Below, one piece after another: positions 10,777 through 21,381 of a stretch of 25,996 bases of DNA. Source of the DNA: an uncultured delta proteobacterium (GTDB lineage Bacteria; Desulfobacterota; WTBG01); contig CAWCBP010000007.1 in NCBI GenBank assembly GCA_963793865.1, positions 1 to 25,996 of the forward strand, written 5' to 3'. Below the pieces are notes generated by a model that worked only from the letters and a program-made list of their open reading frames with translations, searched no databases and had not been told where the DNA came from. How positions within the stretch are numbered: position 1 is the stretch's first letter; each line of letters starts with the position of its first letter. A program made the translations under genes and the position numbers.

Positions 10777-13098
10777 TTATCCCTCGCTTTTTGTAAGATA
10801 TTCATGTGCGATGAGGGCCTGTCCAAGGGCAATCCCTCCATCATTGGGAGGAACAACCTGATGATGCAGCACGGTAAATCCTGACTCACTCAGCCCGCTG
10901 ATGCATTGGGAAAGCAGATAGCCGTTTTGGAAGCATCCGCCGCTTAAGGCGACACTATCCAGCCTGTATCTTTCTTTGAGCCTGAGGCAGACTGCTACGA
11001 TCATGGCGGCAATGCTGTTGTGAAATTTTGTGCTTATATAGCCGGAAGGTTTGCCGTCATGCAGATCGACGCATATGCCCTTAAGCAGCGGGGAGGGATT
11101 GACGGAGCATGATCCATCCTGCTCCTGGTAGAGGAAATCATAATGATCTTCCGTCCCCTTGTCTATGGCCATTTCCAGTTCCATGGCCGCCTGTCCCTCA
11201 TAGGTTGATTCTTCGCATACCCCCAGGAGGGCGGACACGGCGTCAAACAGCCTCCCCATGCTGGAGGTGAGAGGGGAATTAAAGCCTGATTGTATGAGCT
11301 TCAGCACAAGCTCCTTATCACGGCCGGATTGCTTGCGTAGTATCTCCAGCTCATTGTACCCGCAGTCCCCGCAGAAGGTCGCGAGGTAGCTTAAGGCCAT
11401 TCTCCAGGGTTTTCGTACCGCCTGGTCTCCTCCGGGCAGGGGAACCGGTGTCAGATGAGCTGCGCGTTCAAACGAACTGTAGTCTGCTATCAGAAATTCC
11501 CCGCCCCACACGGTTCCGTCGCTGCCGAATCCCGTGCCGTCACAGGCAACACCAATCACCCTCTCCTTGACCCGGTTTTCAGCGAGGCAGCTTACGATGT
11601 GGGCGTGGTGATGCTGGACCCTGAAGACAGGCAGTTCCTTTTGCGCGTCGGCAAAGCCGGTGGTCGCGTAGCCGGGATGAAGGTCGCAGGCGACTGCCCG
11701 GGGCTCTATGGTCAAAATCCGCTTCAGGTGATGGATGGTTTTGAGGAAGTGCTCGTAGGTCTCCCGATAGCCCATTTCCCCGATGTGCTGGCTTAAAAAG
11801 GCCGTTTTCCCCCTGGTGAGGCATACGGCATTCTTCATCTCCCCTCCTACAGCGAGGACAGGAACAACTTCTTCCTTGAGAAAGACGGGCTGGGGCGTAT
11901 ATCCGCGTGCCCTGCGGGTAACCACGTCCTTTCTGGTTCCGCTGAGCGGAAATGTTTTGATCACCGAGTCGTCGGTGCGAAAATAGATATCCCGATCATG
12001 CATGAGAAAATAGTCAGCGCAGCCGCCGAGTCGGCGCAGCGCTTCACCGTTCTCGATGGCAATGGGCTCATCCTTAAGATTCCCGCTGGTCATGACCAGT
12101 GCGGTAAAATTCCCCCTGAGCAGCAGGTGGTGAAGCGGTGTGTAGGGAAGCAGAACCCCGACAGTAGGGTTGTGCGGCGCCACCAGGGGAGAAAGGGGAA
12201 ACGGAGCAATCTTCGCCGCGAGGAGGATAGGGGCAGCCGCGGATTCGAGCAGCGCCACGTCTTCGGGGGAAAGCAGGGCAAATGTCTTTATGGTTTCTAT
12301 ATCCGGCGCCATGACCGCAAGCGGTTTCTCCTCCCGGGCTTTCAGCGTCCGCAAACGCTCAACGGATGCGCTGTTGGTTGCGTCCGCGGCAAGGTGAAAG
12401 CCTCCCAGCCCTTTGACCGCAATGATGGAACCCTGCTGAAGCAATCTTGCGCACTCCGCGACCGGGTTGGCTGTATTGACCGGGCGATTAGAGGCATCAA
12501 CAAGCTGTACCATCGGCCCGCAGCGCGGACATGCGTTGGGTTGGGCATGGAACCTCCGGTCAGAAGGGTCATCATATTCCTTCCGGCAGGCCGGGCACAT
12601 GCGGAAGGTTTTCATGGAGGTGTTGGGGCGGTCGTAAGGAAGGGCATCAATGATGGTATAGCGGGGGCCGCAGTTGGTGCAGTTAATAAACGGGTAGCGG
12701 TAGCGGCGGTCTTGTGGGTTGAATAGTTCATGCAGGCAGTCCTTGCAGACGGCAGTGTCCGGAGAAATAAGCGCTGTACGCTCATCCCGGGCAGTGCTCT
12801 CACGTATGGTAAAATCGGCGAAGTGGGCGGGGGGAAGATGCTCCTGCTGCAAACTGACAATATGTGCCCGCGGAGGGAGGGATTGGGGGATGAGCCGGAG
12901 GAACTCGCCGATATCGTTAGGCGTTCCTTCAACTTCTATCTCGACACCGCATTCGTTGTTAAGCACGTATCCTTTAAGCCCCCTCGATCGGGCAAGATTA
13001 TAAATGTACGGGCGGAATCCCACCCCCTGGACGATGCCGTCAATGGAGATTCTTGTTCTTATGAGCCTTGCCTGCGGTCCTGGAGAGAGGATGCTCAT
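10777..13098 (-). CDS. hypF: Carbamoyltransferase HypF
   Basis: Acylphosphatase domain GIVQGVGFRP, two zinc fingers, YrdC-like KGLGGFHL, Kae1-like QHHHAH and PPNDGGIALGQ. Confidence 0.97.
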   Translation of the reverse strand: MSILSPGPQARLIRTRISIDGIVQGVGFRPYIYNLARSRGLKGYVLNNECGVEIEVEGTPNDIGEFLRLIPQSLPPRAHIVSLQQEHLPPAHFADFTIRESTARDERTALISPDTAVCKDCLHELFNPQDRRYRYPFINCTNCGPRYTIIDALPYDRPNTSMKTFRMCPACRKEYDDPSDRRFHAQPNACPRCGPMVQLVDASNRPVNTANPVAECARLLQQGSIIAVKGLGGFHLAADATNSASVERLRTLKAREEKPLAVMAPDIETIKTFALLSPEDVALLESAAAPILLAAKIAPFPLSPLVAPHNPTVGVLLPYTPLHHLLLRGNFTALVMTSGNLKDEPIAIENGEALRRLGGCADYFLMHDRDIYFRTDDSVIKTFPLSGTRKDVVTRRARGYTPQPVFLKEEVVPVLAVGGEMKNAVCLTRGKTAFLSQHIGEMGYRETYEHFLKTIHHLKRILTIEPRAVACDLHPGYATTGFADAQKELPVFRVQHHHAHIVSCLAENRVKERVIGVACDGTGFGSDGTVWGGEFLIADYSSFERAAHLTPVPLPGGDQAVRKPWRMALSYLATFCGDCGYNELEILRKQSGRDKELVLKLIQSGFNSPLTSSMGRLFDAVSALLGVCEESTYEGQAAMELEMAIDKGTEDHYDFLYQEQDGSCSVNPSPLLKGICVDLHDGKPSGYISTKFHNSIAAMIVAVCLRLKERYRLDSVALSGGCFQNGYLLSQCISGLSESGFTVLHHQVVPPNDGGIALGQALIAHEYLTKSEG

Positions 13099-13770
13099 GC
13101 AGTGCGACTGTGTTTATTTTTCTCGTTTATCTTACCTTCCAGCCACTCGATCCAGTTGTTCAAGCCCGTCTGCCTGGTGCAGGAAGTTTCAAAAATGGCC
13201 AGGGCGGGATTGATGCCGGTGGCGTCCCGGATTATTCTGGGGACACTACAGTCGATATAAGGAAGGAGATCAATCTTGTTAATAACCAGTGCCTTTGCCA
13301 GCCGAAAGGTAAGGGGATACTTGAGAATCTTGTCCTCCCCCTCGGTGACAGAGAGGATAACTGCCTTGGCATCTTCCCCCAGAAAGAATTCAGCCGGGCA
13401 TACAAGGTTACCGACATTTTCGATAATGAGCATGTCCAGCCTGTCAAGGGTCAAAGTTTACTAAAACTTTTTTGATCATACTGCTGTCCAGGTGGCAGGC
13501 ACCGCCGGTGTTGATCTGGGTTACCTCCACTCCGTGGGCACCAATCCGCTCGGCATCGTAAGAGGTTGCAATATCACCCTCAATAACCCCGATTGCAAAC
13601 TTGTCTTTGAGCCGTTCGATGGTCCGCTCAAGCAGCGTGGTTTTGCCGGCACCGGGACTGCTCATCAGATTGAGCACAAAGATGCCCGCCCGGTCAAAGA
13701 TAGCACTGTTTTCATAACCGAGGCTGTTATTATGACCCAGGATGTCCTGTTGCAGTTCAATCTTCTTCAT
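13095..13770 (-). CDS. hypB: Hydrogenase nickel-insertion GTPase HypB (one +1 frameshift near 13448-13450)
   Basis: SSPGAGKTT, IEGD and GACH lie in one frame; ENVGNLVCPAEF and NKIDL in the next. Removing one base of a 3-nt homopolymer restores NFDLDRLD. Confidence 0.92.
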
Positions 13771-14110
13771 CGTCTATTTCCAATTGGGCTATCTGGAGTT
13801 CACGACCCGACCGCAGTTCAATATCCTGGCTCCCGCACTCGCTACAGCGATAGTGGTTCTGCCTGATGGTGAAGCTGCTTTTGCAGCGTGTGCATTGTGC
13901 TGTGATGGGAACGGTAATAATGGCAAGTTCGGCATGTGCCGCGATGGTTGCCCTGGTCAGGAGCTCAAAGCAGAAGAGAAGCGAGTCGGGCATGATGCCC
14001 GCTAGTGCACCTATTTTCAGAGTGACCTTTACCACCCTGCCTGCCTTTGCCTTTCCTGCCTCATCAAGCACCGTTTCCACGATGCTTTGGGCGATGCTCA
14101 ATTCGTGCAT
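13757..14110 (-). CDS. hypA: Hydrogenase maturation nickel metallochaperone HypA
   Basis: MHELSIA N-terminus, two CxxC motifs, SGREL; GGAGG RBS. Confidence 0.96.
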   Translation of the reverse strand: MHELSIAQSIVETVLDEAGKAKAGRVVKVTLKIGALAGIMPDSLLFCFELLTRATIAAHAELAIITVPITAQCTRCKSSFTIRQNHYRCSECGSQDIELRSGRELQIAQLEIDDEED

Positions 14111-14130
14111 GCGCCTCCAGTGAAACCGCT

Positions 14131-14404
14131 GCTTATCGTCTATAAATTGATTGTAAAAGCATTTTCATAAAGGGCAAGGCGTGACATTGACGGCCTGCGG
14201 CGATCGGCCGTCAGTTCTCAAGGTTACTTTATCTTCTCCAGGGCGACATTGGTAAACTCCCGCTCGTCAATGCCGGTGTTTGCCTTGACGACATCAACCC
14301 TGATGAGTGTCTTTTTGTCATCCCGGACGTTTTCTGCCACAGCCTCTTTCCAAAACCAAAGTCCTGATACCTGCTGCCAGGTGATGGTCAGAACCTTGAG
14401 GAGC
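14131..14404. repeat. Diverged direct repeat, copy 2 (pairs with 8118-8391)
   Basis: Comprises the 3' end of the LolA-like gene, a hairpin at 14188-14213 and the hypA upstream region. Confidence 0.9.
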
Positions 14405-15031
14405 GTTCCTTTGCGGTCATGGTACTCTATGCGAAGCGGAATGAACGCTTGCTGGTCGATGGAGCTGATGCGCTTGCTGTATTTCTTTCCGCCTTTAAGC
14501 GGTATGCTCTCGACGACATAACAGCTTTTCCCCTGAACTTTTTCGCTTCTTAAAAGCGTGTGGCTTTCCTCTCCGGGATTAATATCCACATAATCGTCAA
14601 GATTAAAATCAACCTCGGACTGGGAACGGATCCTCTCGAGATCGGAGAGCCCTTTTTGCTGTGGTAAAGCCAAACATGAAATACCAGTAGTTCCTCCTGC
14701 CGTCGGTATAGTTCCAGGTCAGGGTGGATCTCCTGCTGATCTTTGCGGGATCACGGTAGCGGATGACCGACTTGAAATTGATTCCCTCCTTGCCGCGGTA
14801 GTTCTTTCTCGTCTCATCGCACTTCATGCTGTTGCGTTCTTTCCCGCCGGTGGTAAACGTCCACGACATGGAGCGGGTATAATCATCCCCCTGATTTCTT
14901 TCAGCGACCATGGCCATGATCTGTGTGCCGTCCATCTTTTGCGCGGGTGAGTCCTGGGCGTAGGTAACTGTGGAGACTGAAAAAGATAACAGCATGAGCG
15001 GAAGCAAAATGAGAACAGGGTTTTTTTTCAT
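14224..15031 (-). CDS. Outer membrane lipoprotein-sorting (LolA-like) family protein (+1 frameshift near 14650)
   Basis: GAGGAG RBS and signal peptide. C-terminal CYVVESIP...YSKRIS...PLRIEYHDRKGTLLK...NTGIDEREFT is typical of this family. Two overlapping ORFs join with a 1-base correction. Confidence 0.75.
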
Positions 15032-15102
15032 AGAAGTGACTCCTCAATAATGGTTACCGGTAGAATGAACCCTTAAAAAATAACCGGGAAGGATTTACGA
15101 CG

Positions 15103-17598
15103 TCACTGTGCCGGCGACGCTGCAGAAAGACCCGTTTCATCAGCCTGATCGCCGAGTGACTTTGCCCCCCAGATATGACTGCAATACTCCCGTATGGAGC
15201 GGTCTGAAGAAAATTTTCCCATGCGGGCCACATTAAGGATGGACATGCGCGTCCACCGGCTGCGGTCGCGGAATGCCGCGGCAACCCGTTCCTGGCAGTC
15301 AAGGTAGGACTGGTAGTCAGCAAAAAGCAAATAGGTGTCGTGATACAGGAGTGAGTCAACCACCGGCCTGAACAGGTTTGCATCACCCCGGGCGAGGGCT
15401 CCTGAGCCGATACAATCGATCGCCCTGCGCAGGGATTCATTGGCGTTGTAATAATCACGGGGATTATAACCGCGCGCCTTCAGATCGTTCACTTCCTCCG
15501 CGGTCAGGCCGAAGAGGAAAAAATTCTCAGCCCCCACCTCCTCACGGATCTCCACGTTGGCCCCATCAAGGGTGCCGATGGTGAGCGCCCCGTTTAAGGC
15601 GAACTTCATGTTGCCCGTGCCCGATGCCTCTTTCCCGGCAGTCGATATCTGTTCGGATAGATCCGCCGCAGGGTAGATCCACTGGCCGTTCTTCACATTG
15701 AAGTCCGGAAAGAAGGCGACCCGTAAACGTCCGGCCACATCAGGATCATTGTTTACCACCTCGGCGACGGAATTGATGAGCTTGATTATCAGCTTGGCCA
15801 TGAAGTAGCCGGGTGCGGCCTTGCCGCCGAAGATAACGGTGCGGGGAGTGACATCGATGCCGGGATTTTCCTTAATACGATTGTAAAGGGTAATAAGATG
15901 AAGCAGGTTCAGGTGTTGGCGTTTGTATTCGTGGATGCGCTTTACCTGCACGTCAAAAAGCGATGCAGGATCCACGGTAATGCCGGTACGCTCCTTGATC
16001 AACCGGGCAAGTTGTAATTTGTTGTCCTGCTTGATGATGTGCCACTCCTGCTGAAACTCCCGGTCTTCAGCAAAGTCCTCGAGTTTGGCAAGCTCTTCCT
16101 CCAGGTGGCTGATCCATCTGCTGCCGATCCGGCTGCTGATCAAGGCGGCAAGTTTCGGGTTGGAGAGAACCATCCACCGCCGCGGGGTGACCCCGTTGGT
16201 CACGTTGTGGAATCGTTCGGGAAATACCCGGCTGAAGTCGTGGAGAACATCCTTCCTGAGCAATTCGGTGTGCAGTGCAGCGACACCGTTAATGGCATGG
16301 CTTCCCACACTTGCCAGATGGGCCATGCGGACATAGCGTTCACCGGTTTCATCAATAAGCGACATGCGGGAAAGTATCTCTGTGTCCCCGGGATGAAGTG
16401 CAGCGATGGTTTCCAGGTGTCTGCGGTTGATTTCATAAATGATCTCCAGGTGCCGGGGAAGGAGGCTGCCGAAAAGCGGAAGTGCCCACTTTTCAAGCGC
16501 CTCGGGAAGCAGGGTGTGATTGGTGTAGGCGAGGGCGCTGGTGGTGATATGCCATGCCTTGTCCCACTCCATAGCATGCTCATCAATGAGCAGCCGCATC
16601 AGCTCTGCCACGGCGATTGAGGGGTGGGTGTCGTTTAACTGTATGGCGAATTGTTCATGAAAATTATCCAGGTTTTTCCAGAGCAGCAGATGCATCCTGA
16701 TCATGTCCTGGAGCGAGCAGGAGACAAAAAAGTATTGCTGTTCCAGGCGCAAACGCTTGCCCTGCAGGGGTTCGTCATTGGGATAAAGCACCTTGGTCAG
16801 GTTCTCCGATGCAACTTTCTCGTCAATTGCCGAATAGTAATCCCCCTGATTGAAGGCCTGGAAATCAAAGGATTCACATGCCTCGGCAGTAAAGAGTCGC
16901 AGCATGTTGGCCTGATTGACGGCGTAGCCCGCCACGGGACTGTCGTAAGCTACACCCCTTACCACCCGGTCGGGAACCCATCGCACGCGGTACCTGCCCG
17001 CATCGTCGCACAGGGTTTCGGTATGCCCGCCAAAACCTACCTGGAAGGTGATTTCGGGACGGCGTATCTCCCAGGGGTTGCCGGGATGGAGCCACTTGTC
17101 AGTTACCTCCGTCTGCCAGCCGTCACGGATTTCCTGATCAAAAATACCGAATTCATAGCGGATCCCGTAGCCGATGGCCGGTATCCGGAGCGTGGCCAGG
17201 GAATCGAGGTAACAGGCGGCAAGCCTTCCCAGACCGCCATTGCCAAGCCCGGGCTCTTCTTCCTGCGCAATCATTTCATTCAGGTCGTGACCGAGTTCCT
17301 TCATTGCCTGTTCAACCTGATGGTAAATTCCGAGGTTGATGAGGTTATTTCCCAACTGCGGTCCCATCAGGAATTCAGCAGAGAGGTAACTCACCACCTT
17401 GACGTCCTCCCGCAAATAGCTCTCCACCGTTTTCATCCAGCGATGGAGCAGCCGGTCACGGACCGTATAAGCAAGGGCCATGTAGCAGTCGTTGCGGGGG
17501 GCAGCAGCAGGAAACCGCCCCAGGGTGTAGCAGAGGTGGTCGAGGAACGCGCGCTTGATGGCCTCGACGCTGATGCCTGTCCTGTCATCCTCTACCAT
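15103..17598 (-). CDS. glgP: Glycogen/starch phosphorylase
   Basis: GLGNGGLGRLAAC, QLNDTHP, QVKRIHEYKRQ and PLP-lysine motif EASGTGNMKFALNG. The true start may be ATG 17647 (AGGAG RBS) with a +1 indel near 17595. Confidence 0.97.
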   Translation of the reverse strand: MVEDDRTGISVEAIKRAFLDHLCYTLGRFPAAAPRNDCYMALAYTVRDRLLHRWMKTVESYLREDVKVVSYLSAEFLMGPQLGNNLINLGIYHQVEQAMKELGHDLNEMIAQEEEPGLGNGGLGRLAACYLDSLATLRIPAIGYGIRYEFGIFDQEIRDGWQTEVTDKWLHPGNPWEIRRPEITFQVGFGGHTETLCDDAGRYRVRWVPDRVVRGVAYDSPVAGYAVNQANMLRLFTAEACESFDFQAFNQGDYYSAIDEKVASENLTKVLYPNDEPLQGKRLRLEQQYFFVSCSLQDMIRMHLLLWKNLDNFHEQFAIQLNDTHPSIAVAELMRLLIDEHAMEWDKAWHITTSALAYTNHTLLPEALEKWALPLFGSLLPRHLEIIYEINRRHLETIAALHPGDTEILSRMSLIDETGERYVRMAHLASVGSHAINGVAALHTELLRKDVLHDFSRVFPERFHNVTNGVTPRRWMVLSNPKLAALISSRIGSRWISHLEEELAKLEDFAEDREFQQEWHIIKQDNKLQLARLIKERTGITVDPASLFDVQVKRIHEYKRQHLNLLHLITLYNRIKENPGIDVTPRTVIFGGKAAPGYFMAKLIIKLINSVAEVVNNDPDVAGRLRVAFFPDFNVKNGQWIYPAADLSEQISTAGKEASGTGNMKFALNGALTIGTLDGANVEIREEVGAENFFLFGLTAEEVNDLKARGYNPRDYYNANESLRRAIDCIGSGALARGDANLFRPVVDSLLYHDTYLLFADYQSYLDCQERVAAAFRDRSRWTRMSILNVARMGKFSSDRSIREYCSHIWGAKSLGDQADETGLSAASPAQ

Positions 17599-17749
17599 GC
17601 GGTCTGGTGCTGCTTGTGGTTACCGTTCCGGTTATGTTTGTTTTCATGTTCTTGCTCCTATTGCTTGCAAAACCCCAAGTGCGAAAGAGGTTTTGAACAT
17701 TTGAGCTTCGAGTTTTGAATTTGTTTCAGTTTTCGCGTTTCGCACTTCG

Positions 17750-17777
17750 GTAGGGGCGACCGGCCGGTCGCCCTTAC
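17750..17777. repeat. REP-like GC-rich palindrome
   Basis: GTAGGGGCGACCGGCCGGTCGCCCTTAC: GTAG-headed near-perfect inverted repeat between fbaA and glgP. Confidence 0.6.
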
Positions 17778-17813
17778 AGCACCGGATCCACCATTTATTT
17801 TCTGATGGTCGAC

Positions 17814-18842
17814 CTATCCTTTAAACAGCGTGGTTCCGGTACCCTTAAGGTCGTGGACCGCCTGTTTTACCCGTTCCGCCATGGCCGCTTCGCCGAGGGC
17901 AAGGTAGGTGCGCGGGTCGTAGGTTTTCTTGTTCCCCACCTCCCCGTCGACCTTCAGCACGCCGTCATAGTTTTTCATCATGTGGTTTGCAATGGGGCGG
18001 GTGAAGGCGTATTGCGTGTCCGTGTCAATATTCATCTTGACCACGCCGTAATCGATTGCCTCGTGGATGTCGCGGAGCTCCGATCCCGATCCGCCATGGA
18101 ACACAAGGTAGAAACGGGCCTGCTCGCCGTACTGTTTGACAACGGCGTCCTGGCAGTCCTTCAGGATCGATGGCCTCAGCTTGACCTGGCCCGGCTTGTA
18201 CACGCCGTGGACATTGCCGAAGGTAGCGGCAAGGAGATAGCGACCGCCTTTGATCGCGTTGAGGCGCCGGGCAACCTCAAGGGTGTCTTCAGGGGTGGTG
18301 TAGAGCTTGGCGCCCGCCTCGCCCTTGACGCCGTCCTCTTCTCCCCCTACAACGCCCGTCTCGATTTCGAGGATGAGATCGTTCTTCCCAAAGCGCTCCA
18401 GGAGCTTGACGGCGATGTCGAGGTTCTCCTTCAGCGGCAGGGCGCTCCCGTCGAACATGTGGCTGTTGAAAAGGTTTGGCCTGCCTGCGGCCCTGCGCCT
18501 CTCGGTCTCCTCCACGAGAGGAATGACGAGTTGGTCGAGCTTGTCCGCCTGGCAGTGGTCGGTGTGGAGGGCGACGTAGATCGGGTATCGCTGCGAAGCG
18601 CGGTGCACGTGCTCGGCAATGGAGATCGCCCCCAGGGCCATGTCCTTGACTGCCAATCCCGATGCAAAGGTGCCGCCGCCGGTGGAGACCTGGATAATAC
18701 CGTCGCTTTTACTCTCGGCAAGCCCCTTGAGCACCGCATTGGCGGTGGTGAGCGAGGTGACGTTGATGGCGGGATAGGCGAAATGCCCCTTTCGTGCCCG
18801 GTCGAGCATTTCACCGTATATCTTGTAATCGGCTACCGGCAT
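17814..18842 (-). CDS. fbaA: Class II fructose-bisphosphate aldolase
   Basis: ALHTDHC, SHMFDGS, GVVGGEEDG, FGNVHGVYKPG, VFHGGSGS and KMNIDTDTQ; AGGAG RBS. Confidence 0.95.
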   Translation of the reverse strand: MPVADYKIYGEMLDRARKGHFAYPAINVTSLTTANAVLKGLAESKSDGIIQVSTGGGTFASGLAVKDMALGAISIAEHVHRASQRYPIYVALHTDHCQADKLDQLVIPLVEETERRRAAGRPNLFNSHMFDGSALPLKENLDIAVKLLERFGKNDLILEIETGVVGGEEDGVKGEAGAKLYTTPEDTLEVARRLNAIKGGRYLLAATFGNVHGVYKPGQVKLRPSILKDCQDAVVKQYGEQARFYLVFHGGSGSELRDIHEAIDYGVVKMNIDTDTQYAFTRPIANHMMKNYDGVLKVDGEVGNKKTYDPRTYLALGEAAMAERVKQAVHDLKGTGTTLFKG

Positions 18843-19120
18843 ATTCTCTCCTTTAATAATCCGTTATTCGGGCGAAGAGTATCACCAGTGAACGCGGCTT
18901 CACCGGATAAACCGCTTCCCGCACCACAGCTGCTTCCTCCCAGAGGCTGATGTCATCAGGTGTCTTCAGGGAGGTATCATGCTGTTTCCCTGCGTGCTGT
19001 CGATCATGGTAGTGCCTGTGATCAATGTTATCTGGAAGCGCCAATGACTATCATCTTTTAAAGCCCGTGACAAACGGTATTTTGCTATGGAGACGGCCCC
19101 GGAACGCCATCCTTTTTGAT

Positions 19121-20888
19121 TCAGGATGTTGATGAAAGACCGCTCTCATCTGATGTTGCCATCTTCCGGATCCTTTGCGCATAGGTCTTCTGCAAGGCAT
19201 CCAGATAAGTGGTATCTATGGGACCCTTCCAGGTGACCACCTGTTTGAACCGCTCGGGGATCTTCATGGATCCGGGGTCGAATCCGGTTTTCATCCGCAT
19301 GTGCCATCGCATCGCCTGGACCCTCCGGGCCACAGCGTCCACATTGTCCGCCAGATTCCGGTAGCCCACGGCGTTCAGACAATCTGCCAGTACGGTCTCT
19401 TTGTACACTTCCCGGGCGAAGAGGCAGGAGACCATGGAGGTGAGAAACACCCGGTCCTTTTCGTCCTGAACCAGAAACTCCACGGCCTTGGCCACATCCT
19501 TTCCTTGCTGCTTCTGATCGTATGAGTAACCTCCGGCATCCAGGTGGGAATGACGAAAGCCCAGTGCCTGGGAGATGAAAAATACCTCCCCGGTTGCATA
19601 CCCCGCCATCTCCTGGCCGAGAACGCAGGCGAAGTCAGTACCCCCGTATTGTTCTGCCGCCTTGAGCGTTCCCTGGCCCAGCAACCGGTAAAAATCATTA
19701 GCCCCTGTGCCCAGGTATTTCACCGCCCGGGCATAGGCCCCGGCATCACCGAATTTCAGGGGGATCAGCGTTTCTTTTTCGGAAATGAGGCCCTTTTCAA
19801 AAGCCTCTGTGGCCCAGGCCAGGGCCACTCCAGCGGAGATTACATCCAGCCCTGCTTTTTCCGCTATTTCCAGAAGGGCCAGAACCTGGAAGGCATCCAG
19901 GACGCTCAGCATGGCGCCCATGGTAGCGATGGGCTCGTGGTCGTAGGTAACCTGCCGGTAGAGATAGCTGGTTTTGTTCACTGAACTTTTCGCGCACAAA
20001 ACCCAGGTGGATGCACCCCACCGGGCATCCGGAACAGGCGGCGTTGCGCAGGAGGGTGCGATCGGCAAAGGTCTCTCCCGTGATGCCGGAGATGGCTTCA
20101 TCGCTGGTGCGCTGGAGATTCCGGCATGGCATGGCCTTGATCTCGTTCAGGACCGCCACGTTGACCGGCGTACCCAGGTTGTGATACTTTTCCATCATGT
20201 TCGTTTCGGTGAGTTGCCCGTAGATCTTCCGGAAGAGCGGGGCATACTCCTTGTTTGCGGGCAGATCGAAGGACTCGTCTCCCACAATCACGATGGCTTT
20301 GAGGTTCTTTGCGCCCATGACCGCTCCTCCGCCGAGACGGCCGAAATGGCGGTACGTGTCCACGTTGATGCAGGCCATGGCCGACCGGTTCTCGCCCGCC
20401 GGCCCGATCCGGAGAATGGAGCGGTGGCCTGATCCCCCCGCCAACCGGCGCAGCATTTGACCGGTCCTCTGGACGCTTTTCCCCCAGAGATAATGAACGT
20501 CTTTCACTTCCAATGTCCTGGATCCCACCACCAGACAGCTCGGGCGCCTGGCTTTCCCTATGATCACCAGGGCGTCATAATCGGCAAAGCGCAGGGCCAG
20601 GGCCGCCCGGCCGCCGCCATGGCTCTCGGCAAACTGATCGTGGTAAGGCGATTTGAAGGCGCAGACGACTTTGCTCATCAGCGGAAAATATCCCGTGAGG
20701 GGCCCGATGGCGAATATCAGCGGCTGCTCCGGATCTTCCCAGCTGCGATCGGGAAAGCCCAATCGGCTGAACAGGAGCGTCGCCAGGCCGCTTCCTCCGG
20801 CGCAGGTGTCGCGCCCTTCGATCTCTTCGATTTGACCCTGGCCGGTGGAAAGGTCAACCTTGAGCACACGAAAATAATCGCGGATCAT
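19121..20888 (-). CDS. aor: Aldehyde:ferredoxin oxidoreductase family protein (+1 frameshift near 19970)
   Basis: AIGPLTG, KSP, IGPAGEN, GRLGGGAVMGAKNLKAI, CSGCPVGC and GLDVISAG. N- and C-terminal ORFs join with a 1-base correction to ~588 aa. Confidence 0.88.
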
Positions 20889-21328
20889 GGCCTCACCTCC
20901 CTTCGATCTTCATCACCTGCCGGGCAGGCTGGAACATCGACCATCTCCAGACAGTCATGGGGACAGAATGCAACGCAACGGCCGCAGTGAATGCAAACGA
21001 AGGGTTCGCCGGACAGGTCCAGATAGATGGCATCTACCGGGCAAGCCCGGGCACAGGCCCCGCAGCGAATGCACAGCTTTTTCCTGACCACCACGCCGCC
21101 CCCCTTTCGCTGCGAATAGGCTCCGGTGGGGCAAGCCGCGACACAGGGCGCGGGATCACAGGCCATGCACGGTTTGGCTTCGAAGCCGGTGGAAAGACCG
21201 CCCGTCGAGTGGACCCGGATTCCCGCCTTATCCCAGGAAAGCTGCTTGTGCACCAGACGGGCACAGGCCAGGGAGCAGGAATGACAACCAATGCATCGTT
21301 CCATGCGCGGCGTGCTCAAAATCTTCAT
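20885..21328 (-). CDS. 4Fe-4S dicluster ferredoxin-like protein (AOR partner)
   Basis: CIGCHSC, CMACDPAPCVAACP, CIRCGACARACP and CIHCGRCVAFCP. GGAGG RBS before ATG 21328; stop overlaps the AOR start. Confidence 0.92.
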   Translation of the reverse strand: MKILSTPRMERCIGCHSCSLACARLVHKQLSWDKAGIRVHSTGGLSTGFEAKPCMACDPAPCVAACPTGAYSQRKGGGVVVRKKLCIRCGACARACPVDAIYLDLSGEPFVCIHCGRCVAFCPHDCLEMVDVPACPAGDEDRREVRP

Positions 21329-21381
21329 ACCTACCTCCTCCTTCAAGCGCGGGATATAAACTAACCGGACTTTCCTGTTCT

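Noticed and set aside
13444..13455. Programmed frameshift or TGA recoding in hypB
   Set aside because: No slippery heptamer or stimulatory structure is evident. Deleting one homopolymer base restores a normal HypB, and similar +1 indels recur in unrelated genes.
16651..18950. Long plus-strand ORFs (355 aa and 381 aa) opposite glgP and fbaA
   Set aside because: Antisense shadow ORFs expected from codon bias.
18853..19044. 63-aa ORF or riboswitch upstream of fbaA
   Set aside because: TTG start without an RBS and no recognisable protein or riboswitch motif.
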